DNA from: an uncultured Methanomicrobiaceae archaeon | GTDB lineage: Archaea; Halobacteriota; Methanomicrobia; Methanomicrobiales; Methanoculleaceae | Length of the DNA: 64,000 nucleotides | Assembly (NCBI GenBank): GCA_963826525.1 | Contig: CAWGXH010000004.1 | Location: forward strand, 1,568,001 to 1,632,000 | Direction: 5' to 3' | Part shown: positions 53,991 to 64,000 of the stretch, piece by piece | Layout: every line of letters begins with the position of its first letter | How positions within the stretch are numbered: the first letter of the stretch is position 1 | Position numbers and translations under genes: made by a program | The notes under the pieces: model-generated | Databases searched by the model: none | What the model was told of the DNA's origin: nothing | Seen by the model: only the letters and a program-made list of their open reading frames with translations

Positions 53991-55160
53991 ATGATTACAC
54001 TGGCAATTGCGGGAAAACCGAACTGCGGAAAATCGACGTTCTTCAAGGCAGCGACACTGGCACAGGTAGAGATTGCCAACTATCCGTTCACGACCATCGA
54101 TGCGAATCACGGGGTCGCCTATGTGCGGACATCCTGCCCCTGCCGCGAACTTGAGATCGCGTGCCCCCACTGCAGGGATGGCGTCAGGTTTATTCCGATC
54201 GGCCTCATCGACGTTGCCGGCCTCGTGCCCGAGGCTCACAAAGGGCGGGGGCTCGGCAACCAGTTCCTCGATAATCTAAGGCAGGCGGATGCCATTCTCC
54301 ATGTCGTGGATGCCAGCGGAAGTACTGACGCGGAAGGGAATCCGGTGGATATCGGCTCTCACAACCCGGAAGGGGACATCAAATTTCTCCGTTATGAGAT
54401 GACGATGTGGGTCTACGGCATCCTCGGAAAGCACTGGCCGAAGCTGCAGCGGCAGGCACAGCAGCGCGACTTTTCGCTGCTGCTTGCTATCGTGGATATC
54501 TTCGCCGGGCTTGGGGTGACCCTCGAAGATGTGAAGGCGGCGGAAGCTGCCGTCGATACGGATCTGCGGCAGGCGAGTGAGGACGCGCTGATCGCGTTCT
54601 GCGAGCACCTTGTCAGTCACAGTAAACCGATGGAGATCGTCGCGAACAAGGCCGATCTGGCACCGCCGGAGTTCCTTGAAAACCTGAAGAATTACAGCGT
54701 GATCTTCTCAAGCGCTGCCGGAGAACTTGCGCTTCGCATGGCTGCCGAGGGGAAGTTTCTGCAGTATCTCCCCGGGGATACCGAATTTACGATAAACCCC
54801 GATGCGCCGTTCACACCGGCGCAGCGGGTGGGGCTTCAAAAGATTGCCGATTTCATGAAACAGTTCGGAGGCACCGGGATTCAGCAGGCGCTCAATACGG
54901 CGGTATTCGATCTCCTTGACATGATCGTCGTCTACCCGGTCGAAGACGAACACAAGTTCACCGACGGGCAGGGGCGGGTGCTCCCGGATGCGTTCCTGAT
55001 GAAGCGTGGTTCGACGCCCCACGACCTTGCGTATCAGGTGCACACCGATATCGGCGAAGGGTTCCTCTATGCCATCGATGCGCGGAAGAACATGCGGATA
55101 AAAGAGAACCACGAGCTGCAGCACGGCGATATCATCAAGATCGTCAGTATCCGGAAATGA
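53991..55160 (+). CDS. ychF: Obg-family ATPase/GTPase YchF (archaeal type, with TGS domain)
   Basis: GKPNCGKST, NYPFTTI, DVAGLV, GLGNQFL, ANKAD, C-terminal TGS (VHTDIG, GDIIKI). Confidence 0.93.
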   Translation: MITLAIAGKPNCGKSTFFKAATLAQVEIANYPFTTIDANHGVAYVRTSCPCRELEIACPHCRDGVRFIPIGLIDVAGLVPEAHKGRGLGNQFLDNLRQADAILHVVDASGSTDAEGNPVDIGSHNPEGDIKFLRYEMTMWVYGILGKHWPKLQRQAQQRDFSLLLAIVDIFAGLGVTLEDVKAAEAAVDTDLRQASEDALIAFCEHLVSHSKPMEIVANKADLAPPEFLENLKNYSVIFSSAAGELALRMAAEGKFLQYLPGDTEFTINPDAPFTPAQRVGLQKIADFMKQFGGTGIQQALNTAVFDLLDMIVVYPVEDEHKFTDGQGRVLPDAFLMKRGSTPHDLAYQVHTDIGEGFLYAIDARKNMRIKENHELQHGDIIKIVSIRK

Positions 55161-55234
55161 GGCCGTTCACTGTCCGACATATTCGACGTGGATCAGCAGG
55201 TATATATGGTGGACGGGGATAATAATCGATTAAT

Positions 55235-55555
55235 ATGAGCGGCGAGGTCTTCCAGGCACAGGTGGTCCGGAACTTCTTCGAGACGATTACCGGGCAGGAT
55301 AGAAACCTCTCCCGGATATATATGTGCGTTATCAGCCTCGCTAAACTCAGGATGGAGTCTCCCGAGCAGATGACGTTCCTGCTTGACCAGATGAGAAAGA
55401 GCAAACAGAAGCGGGAACTCTCCATCGATATCCTTGACTATGTCTGCGATGCGGCACGAGACCTCGACCTTACGACCGTCCAGACTGCGTTCGGTGTCAG
55501 GGAGATCAGTGCGCTTGCCGACGAATTCTCTTCCGTCAGCCTTGATTCGTTCTGA
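55235..55555 (+). CDS. Conserved hypothetical protein
   Basis: 106-aa ORF with own TATA-like tatatat at ~55201 and T-rich terminator. Confidence 0.7.
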   Translation: MSGEVFQAQVVRNFFETITGQDRNLSRIYMCVISLAKLRMESPEQMTFLLDQMRKSKQKRELSIDILDYVCDAARDLDLTTVQTAFGVREISALADEFSSVSLDSF

Positions 55556-55649
55556 TATTCCGGGCTTATTCTTTTCTTTTGCGCCGGCATCCGCTCTTTA
55601 ATCGTTTCCTGAAAAAATGTTGGAGCAGGAGTCCCCCTGCCGGAGGGAG

Positions 55650-56489
55650 TTACCGGGGCAAGTGCTCTTTGTAGGCTTCCAGTATCTGGGTGACGAATCG
55701 CTGATGCTCCTCGAGCGCCTGCTCATCCTCCGGAGAGGTCTCTATGCTCACGGCATAGAGGAGGACCAGGGCGTTATCAAGGTCGAGAGCTGCCTTATCC
55801 TGCACGTCCTCCGGCCGAAGCCTGACGGCAAGCGCCTCCGTATCTGATTCGGCAAAGGTATACTGCGGCGCCGGAGTCACCCGTGATTCGGCCAGGTCTT
55901 CCGCACGTTCACGCACAATCATCAGTGCCGCCTCAAGGGGTCCCGGCATCGCGCGGCTCTCGCGAAGCCGTACAAGCGCCTCATCGCACTTCGCGACCGC
56001 GTTTTTGTAGAGGCCGAACTTGAATGTCAGAAGCGCTGATGCCAAACGGTGTCCGGTCTCCTCATCGATGCTCTTCGTGATCGGTTCGATACGCGCAATA
56101 TACTCATTCAAGAACTGCTTCATCGTCTTCTCCTGATATATCGGTTTACTAAATCTTTTCTCAACCCGGAGTGCAAGGACGCTGATACTCGCGGCATAGA
56201 GTATCTGCATGACCGGACCGTTTGAAAAGTCGTTCGGGATAAGGAATATGAGCACCGCGTAGAGCGGGGCGAACAGCGAGACGATATCCCTCTTCGGTTT
56301 TAAGTACGCTACATAGCCGAGTATGAACGATGCGATCACACATCCGGCAACTCCGATGAGTGTCGCAGAGGGCACCTGGAGATACGTGAGCAGAATGCCG
56401 ATCAGGACTCCGCCGATGGAGACGGCGGGGACTGCAAGCCAGGCGTGCGGCCCGGGTGGCGAGTGCGGTTGAGTATTCTCTGTGATCAT
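55650..56489 (-). CDS. Hypothetical membrane protein (4 TM + helical C-domain)
   Basis: Hydrophobic N-half; uninterrupted ORF in the operon. Confidence 0.7.
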   Translation of the reverse strand: MITENTQPHSPPGPHAWLAVPAVSIGGVLIGILLTYLQVPSATLIGVAGCVIASFILGYVAYLKPKRDIVSLFAPLYAVLIFLIPNDFSNGPVMQILYAASISVLALRVEKRFSKPIYQEKTMKQFLNEYIARIEPITKSIDEETGHRLASALLTFKFGLYKNAVAKCDEALVRLRESRAMPGPLEAALMIVRERAEDLAESRVTPAPQYTFAESDTEALAVRLRPEDVQDKAALDLDNALVLLYAVSIETSPEDEQALEEHQRFVTQILEAYKEHLPR

Positions 56490-56545
56490 CGACCCTTCCC
56501 ATATACCCTATGAAGCGGAAAGCGTAAACAAGGTTCCCTTTCTGT

Positions 56546-57847
56546 TCAGTCGGGTATCGGCAGGAGCTCGCTCGCCCGGATGGCCACGCTTCGCTCTGCA
56601 ATGGTCGCCATCTTGCTTTCAAGCTCCCCGAGGAGTGTTTCCGCGGATGCGTACAGCCTGGCAAGATGCTGCTTCTGAGCGGCAACATCGTCTCTTCTCT
56701 CTGCTACCTGATGCCGCAGGTGTTCAAGGTCTCCTGAGACCTTCTGCTCTTCGGCGTAGCCGGAAAGCGCGCTCCGCTCTGCTTCGGCAGTCCTGATGTC
56801 GGCGGTGAGGTTTCGATGCTCCGTAATCGCGCGCACCAGTTCCGTTCGGAGGATGCCGGCATCCGAGAAGAGGTGCTGCTCCTCCCGGTTTTTCAGTGGC
56901 ACCTCACCCCGGCCGATCAGATCCATCACGGTAGGCATTACTCTCGTGAGCAGCTCTATGATCGTGTCGGGCTGCTCCGGGGGGACGGCGGAGAATGCGT
57001 CTTCTGCCCGGCGCAGTTCTTCTGCCGTGTCGTGGTCAAGGTGCTTCTCCTGAACCTTCTCCGCTTTTCGGAATACGTGCAGGGCATGTGTCCTGATGAC
57101 GGCATATTCTCTCGCGATTTCTTCCTCTCGCTCCCCTACCGCGCGAATTCGGGCATCCAGTTCCCCGGCCGCGGCGTGGTGAGGGCCCCTTTCAAGCTCC
57201 CGGAGCGCCTCTTCCAGCTGCCGGATGCGGGGAGTCTCCCTCGTGTTCTCGCTGATCTCGGCGATCGACTCTTCGTGAACCGAGGCATACTCGCCTCGTA
57301 TCCGCATGAGCCGCTCATAGATCTCACGGGTTTCGTCAACCCCGGTGTGTCGTGCGCGATAATCGGCGATCGCCTGCGTCATGAGGTTGATCTCGGTGCC
57401 GAGCTCTTTGACGCCGGCACGGAAGTCGCGCATCTCTTCGGGATACGCTGCAGTGATGTACTTCCCCTGCCCTTTGAGGGCTCGCAGGCAGCCCTTCAGG
57501 ATTCCTGCTGCCGTCGCGTAGAATGCCTCGGTATCGTCGGCAGGTTGTTTTTCCAGGAGCTGGTCGATGGATTTCACAAACTCCGGGAGTGCCGACCGGG
57601 AGATTGCTTTGAGGCGCGGGTGGGGGACGGGGGTCTCACCTGCCTCCCTGAGCGTATCGATCGCCGTCCTGATGTTCGAGAGGGCTGCCTCGATCCGCTG
57701 CCGGTTCGGAACGGTCGAATCGGTAAATTCCTCTACGAGTGTCGCTTTCCGTGCATCGAGCCACGACGGAACGTCGTCGAGCCGTATCTCAATGACTTTC
57801 GGTGCCGCTTCTTCCCGTTTGAAGAGATCGCGTAGTGTCCTGAACAT
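56546..57847 (-). CDS. Hypothetical long coiled-coil protein
   Basis: 433-aa charged helical ORF; starts MFRTLRDLF. Confidence 0.7.
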   Translation of the reverse strand: MFRTLRDLFKREEAAPKVIEIRLDDVPSWLDARKATLVEEFTDSTVPNRQRIEAALSNIRTAIDTLREAGETPVPHPRLKAISRSALPEFVKSIDQLLEKQPADDTEAFYATAAGILKGCLRALKGQGKYITAAYPEEMRDFRAGVKELGTEINLMTQAIADYRARHTGVDETREIYERLMRIRGEYASVHEESIAEISENTRETPRIRQLEEALRELERGPHHAAAGELDARIRAVGEREEEIAREYAVIRTHALHVFRKAEKVQEKHLDHDTAEELRRAEDAFSAVPPEQPDTIIELLTRVMPTVMDLIGRGEVPLKNREEQHLFSDAGILRTELVRAITEHRNLTADIRTAEAERSALSGYAEEQKVSGDLEHLRHQVAERRDDVAAQKQHLARLYASAETLLGELESKMATIAERSVAIRASELLPIPD

Positions 57848-57923
57848 ACAATCCTCAGTGGACTTTCTGCGTCCCGGTATCGCCGTAAGTTGCTCTCATT
57901 GTCTTTACCTTTTGTGCATACTC

Positions 57924-59206
<1,283 letters not shown>

Positions 59207-59254
59207 GAGTCAGTAACAAAAATAGGGGTTCGGGTATAATAATTACTTCATCGT

Positions 59255-59572
59255 ATGTCGTATCTCGTTTATGTTGCCGGATTCGGTGTTGCAGCAGTTT
59301 TTTTTCTGTGGCTGCGCGATCTCCGGATCTATTCCCGCACGGGGCTCGCAGGGTACCGTACCGCGGCCTATCAGGGTGTTGCTTTCTCCGCCCTCGGGTT
59401 GCTCGGTTTCTTTGTGACCTTGTACGGTACGGAGATCCTCGGTCTCGGTCTTGTCCTCGCCGCTCTCTTCCTGCAGGGACGCGTCTCCCGGGAGCGCGTA
59501 TGGCGCAATGAAAGCACGATTCAGCGATTCCTCGGAGAGACGGAGCGCAGAAAAGATAAGGGTTCGAAATAG
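59255..59572 (+). CDS. Small membrane protein
   Basis: 3 TM segments; WLRDLRIYSRTGLAGYR. Confidence 0.7.
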   Translation: MSYLVYVAGFGVAAVFFLWLRDLRIYSRTGLAGYRTAAYQGVAFSALGLLGFFVTLYGTEILGLGLVLAALFLQGRVSRERVWRNESTIQRFLGETERRKDKGSK

Positions 59573-59596
59573 AGAGATTATTCAGGAGTTTAAGGA

Positions 59597-60829
59597 ATGC
59601 TTCAGAAACCACGGGGTACACGGGATTTTTTACCCGAAGAGATGGAACGCCGCAGACTGATTGAGGGGCGGATGCGCCGCACGGCGCGGACTTGGGGATA
59701 CCGTGAGGTCTGCACGCCGACCTTCGAGCATCTCGAGCTCTTCACGATGAAATCGGGCGAGGGCATCATCCAGGAGATGTACGTCTTCGAGGACAAAGGC
59801 GGCCGGGAGCTGACGCTCCGGCCCGAGATCACGGCCGCAGTGCTGCGGATGTACGTGAACGAAGCAAAGGTGCTTCCAAAACCCCTTCGCTGGTGTTACT
59901 TTGCCGACTGTTTCCGCTACGAGCGCCCCCAGAAGGGGCGGTATCGCCAGTTCTGGCAGTTTGGGGTGGAACTGATCGGTGCCGATACGGCGGTCGCCGA
60001 CACCGAGGTGATCATGCTCGCCGATGCCGTCCTCCGTGCAGCTGGCGTCGGGTTCGACCTCCATGTCGGCCACCTTGCACCGATGAAGCACCTCGTCAAA
60101 GATCTCCCCGCGGAGGAGCAGCGGGAGATCATGGCGTTCCTCGACAAACACGATATTGCCGGGCTTGAGCAGCGGCTTACCGCCAGGGGATACTCCGATC
60201 TCCTCGAGTCGCTCGTCGCGCTGACGTCGTGCAGAACTCCGGCGGAGGTCTTTGCCATCACCGGCGACCTCCCCGAGCGGGCGCGGATCGAGGAGACCTT
60301 TGCCATCCTCGACGCTCGGCATATTGCCTACACGCCCGATTTCGGGATTGCGCGGGGTCTTGACTACTATACCGGCATGGTTTTTGAGGCCTTCGCGCCG
60401 AATCTCGGCGCCGAGAACCAGATCCTCGGCGGAGGCACCTATCGTCTTGCCCACCTCTTCGGCGGCGACGATGCGGCCTCCTGCGGCTTTGCCATCGGAT
60501 TCGATCGCGTCATGGTCTCGCTCGGCGAGTTTCCGGTGGAGCACGAGCCGATCGTCGGCGTGGTCTGCACCCCCGAGGCACGCATCCGGGCGCTCGAGGT
60601 TGCCGCCGCCTTCCGGGATGCCGGTATCAGAACTGAGGTCGACCTGATGCAGCGGGGGCTTGGCGCCCAGCTCTCTCATGCGGCGAAGGTTGCTGACTAT
60701 GCCGTGGTTCTCGGGAAGCGTGAAACCGAGTCGGGCACCGTCACACTCAAGAATCTCCACTCCGGGGAGCAGCAGGAGATGTCTCTTGCGGATGCCGTCT
60801 CCGAGGTGAATCGGCTTGGTCATCGCTGA
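59597..60829 (+). CDS. hisS: Histidine--tRNA ligase
   Basis: [45 protein letters not shown]. Confidence 0.97.
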   Translation: MLQKPRGTRDFLPEEMERRRLIEGRMRRTARTWGYREVCTPTFEHLELFTMKSGEGIIQEMYVFEDKGGRELTLRPEITAAVLRMYVNEAKVLPKPLRWCYFADCFRYERPQKGRYRQFWQFGVELIGADTAVADTEVIMLADAVLRAAGVGFDLHVGHLAPMKHLVKDLPAEEQREIMAFLDKHDIAGLEQRLTARGYSDLLESLVALTSCRTPAEVFAITGDLPERARIEETFAILDARHIAYTPDFGIARGLDYYTGMVFEAFAPNLGAENQILGGGTYRLAHLFGGDDAASCGFAIGFDRVMVSLGEFPVEHEPIVGVVCTPEARIRALEVAAAFRDAGIRTEVDLMQRGLGAQLSHAAKVADYAVVLGKRETESGTVTLKNLHSGEQQEMSLADAVSEVNRLGHR

Positions 60830-62618
60830 AGATCTTGCAAAACAACAGCGGAGCATCAGCGTTGCGGAGTTCTTCGAGAAGAATAAGCACCTTCTCGGGT
60901 TCGACTCGCCGACGCGCGGTATCATCACCACCGTCAAGGAAGCGGTCGACAATGCGCTCGATGCCTGCGAGGAGGCGGAAGTCCTCCCCGATATCTTCGT
61001 CGCCATCAGGAAGACCGGCGGCGATGTCTACCGGATAACGGTCGAGGATAACGGCCCGGGCATCGTCCCGAAGAACGTCCCGTACGTCTTTGGCAAGCTC
61101 CTCTACGGTTCCCGGTTCCACCAGATCAGGCAGAGCCGGGGGCAGCAGGGTATCGGGATAAGCGCGGCGGTGCTCTACGCCCAGCTCACGACCGGTGTTC
61201 CGGCACTCGTCATCTCCCGGACGGGAGCGGACGCGCGAGCGCACCGGTTCGAGCTGATGATAAAGACCGAGACGAACGAGCCGGACATCCTCGTCGACGA
61301 GGAGATCGACTGGGACCGGACGCACGGCACCCGCATCGAGATCGAGTTTAAGAGCACACTCGCCGCGAAGAAAAAACTCCTCGAGTACCTCCGCTATACC
61401 GCCGTCGTCAACCCGCACGCGCGCATCACCGCCGATATCGACGGCGAGGTCACCGTCTTTGAGCGGGTGAGCAGCGAGGTTCCGCCCTGTCCGAAGGCGA
61501 TCCTCCCGCACCCCCACGGGATCGAGTTCGGTGCGCTCAAGCGGATTGCGGCAACGAGCAGCGATACCCTCGATGAGTTTCTGGTGAACTGTTTCTCCCG
61601 TGTCGGAAAGAAGACCGCAGACGAGATTATCGATCTTGCGCAGATTAAACCGAGGCGGAAGGCCAAAACACTCGACTCCGACGAACTCAAGCGGCTCCTC
61701 GAGGCGATGCAGCAGGTGAAGGTTCCGGCTCCGCCCGCCCAGCAGTGTCTCTCCCCGATCGGTGAAGACCTGATCCGCAAAGGGCTCGAGAAAGAGGTCC
61801 AGCTCGACTTCATCAAGGCGCGCACCCGCCCGAGCACGGTCTTCTCCGGACACTCGTTCATTATCGAGGCGGCGATCGGCTACGGCGGCAAGATCCCGCC
61901 CGAGGGCTCGGCCCAGATCCTCCGGTTCGCGAACCGCGTCCCCCTGCTCTACCAGCAGGGTGCCTGCGCGATCACGAACTGCATCTCGCAGGTGAACTGG
62001 AAGTCCTACGGGCTCTCACAACAGGGTCTTCCCGTCGGTCCGGCGCTCATCATGGTGCATGTGGCCTCGACGAACGTCCCCTTTACGAGTGAGAGCAAGG
62101 ATGCGATTGCGTCGATCCCCGAGATCGAGCGTGAGATCGTCCTCGTGCTTCAGGAACTCGGGCGCGAGCTGAAGGCATACATCAACCGGCGTGACCGGAA
62201 TAAACAGCAGGACGACCGCGCCCGTGCTATCTGCTCGATCATCCCGGAGATCGCCCGAAAGGTGAGCGAGATCGTGGAGCTGCCGCCCGTCGACACCTCC
62301 CCGATCGAGGGGAAGATCATGCGTAAACTCGTCGCCAAAAAGCGAACGTGCGATGGGTCGGTCAGTATCGATGTGTACAACTATACGGCGCGCGAGCTCG
62401 TCTTCACCCTCTACAACCTCTCCCGGGACGATGCGCGCGACGCCGTTCCGAAACCCGACTTCGTCGATGAATTCGATGGCGAGTACAACAAGGTCTGGAA
62501 GTGCCGCCTCGAACCCGGGACGGTCTGGCAGGTGACCTACTCCGGCACCGGTGAAGGAAGCATCGATCTCCGCGGTGTGGAAGACAACGTCAAAGTGATG
62601 GTGGATCTTGATATCTAG
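60816..62618 (+). CDS. top6B: DNA topoisomerase VI subunit B
   Basis: [48 protein letters not shown]. Confidence 0.97.
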   Translation: MVIAEDLAKQQRSISVAEFFEKNKHLLGFDSPTRGIITTVKEAVDNALDACEEAEVLPDIFVAIRKTGGDVYRITVEDNGPGIVPKNVPYVFGKLLYGSRFHQIRQSRGQQGIGISAAVLYAQLTTGVPALVISRTGADARAHRFELMIKTETNEPDILVDEEIDWDRTHGTRIEIEFKSTLAAKKKLLEYLRYTAVVNPHARITADIDGEVTVFERVSSEVPPCPKAILPHPHGIEFGALKRIAATSSDTLDEFLVNCFSRVGKKTADEIIDLAQIKPRRKAKTLDSDELKRLLEAMQQVKVPAPPAQQCLSPIGEDLIRKGLEKEVQLDFIKARTRPSTVFSGHSFIIEAAIGYGGKIPPEGSAQILRFANRVPLLYQQGACAITNCISQVNWKSYGLSQQGLPVGPALIMVHVASTNVPFTSESKDAIASIPEIEREIVLVLQELGRELKAYINRRDRNKQQDDRARAICSIIPEIARKVSEIVELPPVDTSPIEGKIMRKLVAKKRTCDGSVSIDVYNYTARELVFTLYNLSRDDARDAVPKPDFVDEFDGEYNKVWKCRLEPGTVWQVTYSGTGEGSIDLRGVEDNVKVMVDLDI

Positions 62619-63702
62619 GAAAGAGATGGACGCTCGTGCACGAGAGCAACTGATGCATATCGCCCGCGCCTGGTACGACCAGATGAAGGGCGGTCTCGTG
62701 CCGTACATCCGGCTGCCGACGCGGACGAAGCAGAATATCGAATACAACGACGAAAGCGAGGTCTGGACGTACAGGCGAGAAGGAGAGCACGCGCTCGGCA
62801 AACTCCGAAAAGAGTGCCATCCACCTCCTGAAGATGGCATACGTCATCGGATTTCTGAAGCAGCAGCTCGCCGAAGGCCGCTCGTCGACCTTGAGAGAAC
62901 TCTATTACATCTCCGAAGGCTGGAAGCGGGCGAAGTTCGGTGCGCAGGACGAGAGCAACCGCCTCATCGAAGACCTCGAGATCCTCACCGACCTGCAGCG
63001 GGAGGCCTTCCACCTCCGCCCTGAGGAGGACGGAGCGGCGATCTTCGGGCCCTTGCAGAATCCGTGAGTCTACTCAGCGGGGTGTCCGCGAGATCCACTG
63101 CCAGGAGAATGTCGGCGAGGCCGGTTACCCTATCCCGAATAACGTGGATACGCTCGACTTCATCGAGCACGATGCGAAGTTCGTTGTCGCTATTGAGACG
63201 GGTGGTATGTATGCCCGTCTTATGGAGAACGGGTTCGACGAGGAGTACGGTGCTATTCTGGTGAACCTCAAGGGGCAGCCTGCCCGGTCGACCCGGCGGG
63301 TGCTCCGACGGCTCAACGAGACGATGGACTTGCCGGTCGTGGTCTTCACCGACGGCGACCCGTGGTCGTACCGGATCTTTGCGAGCGTCGCCTATGGTTC
63401 AATCAAGAGCGCGCATATGTCCGAGCTCCTGGCCACGCCGCAGGCGCAGTTCATCGGCGTGCAGCCAAGCGATATCTCGGATTACAACCTTCCCTCCGAC
63501 AAGCTCACCGAGCAGGACGTGGCCGCACTGAAATCGGAGTCTGACCGATCCCCGGTTTGCGACCGACTACTGGCGCGAGCAGATCAACCTGCAGCTCGAG
63601 ATGAAGCTGAAGTCGGAACAGCAGGCATTCGCAAGCCGCGGCCTTGACTTCGTGACGAAGGAGTATCTGCCAAACCGCCTATCAGAGATGGGTATCATCT
63701 AA
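62608..63702 (+). CDS. top6A: DNA topoisomerase VI subunit A; three apparent +1 frameshifts (~62773, ~63059, ~63540)
   Basis: STLRELYY (catalytic Tyr), QDESN, IETGG, TDGDPW; corrected C-terminus [17 protein letters not shown]...MGII* ending at 63702. Confidence 0.93.
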
Positions 63703-63709
63703 CTTTTTT

Positions 63710-64000
63710 TCATGGCGCGCGAGTCTCGGCGAGAGCGATGACCGGGACACCGTCGAGGTCGTCGAAGAGCATCGGGTAGAGGCGCAGGATCCAGGGACTC
63801 TCGGTGAGCCTCCCGTACGAGAGATCGACATCCTCCATGACGAAGATCGGCGGTGAGTCGCAGAGGAAGTGGCGGTGTGCTGCTGCCGCCTCGGTGCCGT
63901 ATGCGGTCGAGGCGATCGAGACGGTGTCGATCCCAAAAAGGCGGAGGTATGGGCACTCCTGCCGGAGATAGCTCCGGGAGATCGGGGTGAACCCAGGGGT
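63710..64000 (-). CDS. Cyclase/kynurenine-formamidase-like protein, C-terminal part (partial; apparent frameshift at ~63972)
   Basis: Manual translation PWVHPDLP/YLRQECPYLRLFGIDTVSI...AHRHFL...MEDVDL...DGVPVIALAE. Confidence 0.7.
   Translation of the reverse strand, partial: TPGFTPISRSYLRQECPYLRLFGIDTVSIASTAYGTEAAAAHRHFLCDSPPIFVMEDVDLSYGRLTESPWILRLYPMLFDDLDGVPVIALAETRAP

Overview
Chromosomal window of a GC-rich hydrogenotrophic methanogen, most likely Methanomicrobiales. This is inferred from the hdrA-like gene, mfnB, top6AB, and an rpl15e-rpp30-pop5-psmA-sbds-rpl37ae-rpoP-pcc1-pfdB cluster with no exosome genes. Housekeeping blocks at about 1-17.9 kb and 43.7-64 kb flank a ~25 kb accessory-looking segment that starts right after tRNA-Tyr/tRNA-Asp. 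That segment carries a HEAT protein, a PP2C phosphatase, an extra radical SAM/SPASM enzyme, an ahbD-A-B-C alternative heme pathway, several transporters, a duplicated [Lipoprotein_15-repeat lipoprotein + secreted PQQ-type beta-propeller] module (second propeller internally deleted), and a USP-PCP_red/small CDC48-N-like/ABC operon. No integrase, transposase or CRISPR array was seen. I found 19 single-base frameshifts, some in essential genes such as top6A. Of these, 17 lie in or next to GTAC, AGCT or GATC, which points to methylation-induced long-read basecalling errors (an indirect readout of the methylome) rather than pseudogenes. Candidate regulatory elements are a leaderless Leu-Leu leader peptide overlapping leuA, an eL15 leader, and an HSR1/Phr-type operator. 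All family assignments come from motif recognition by eye; no database searches were run.
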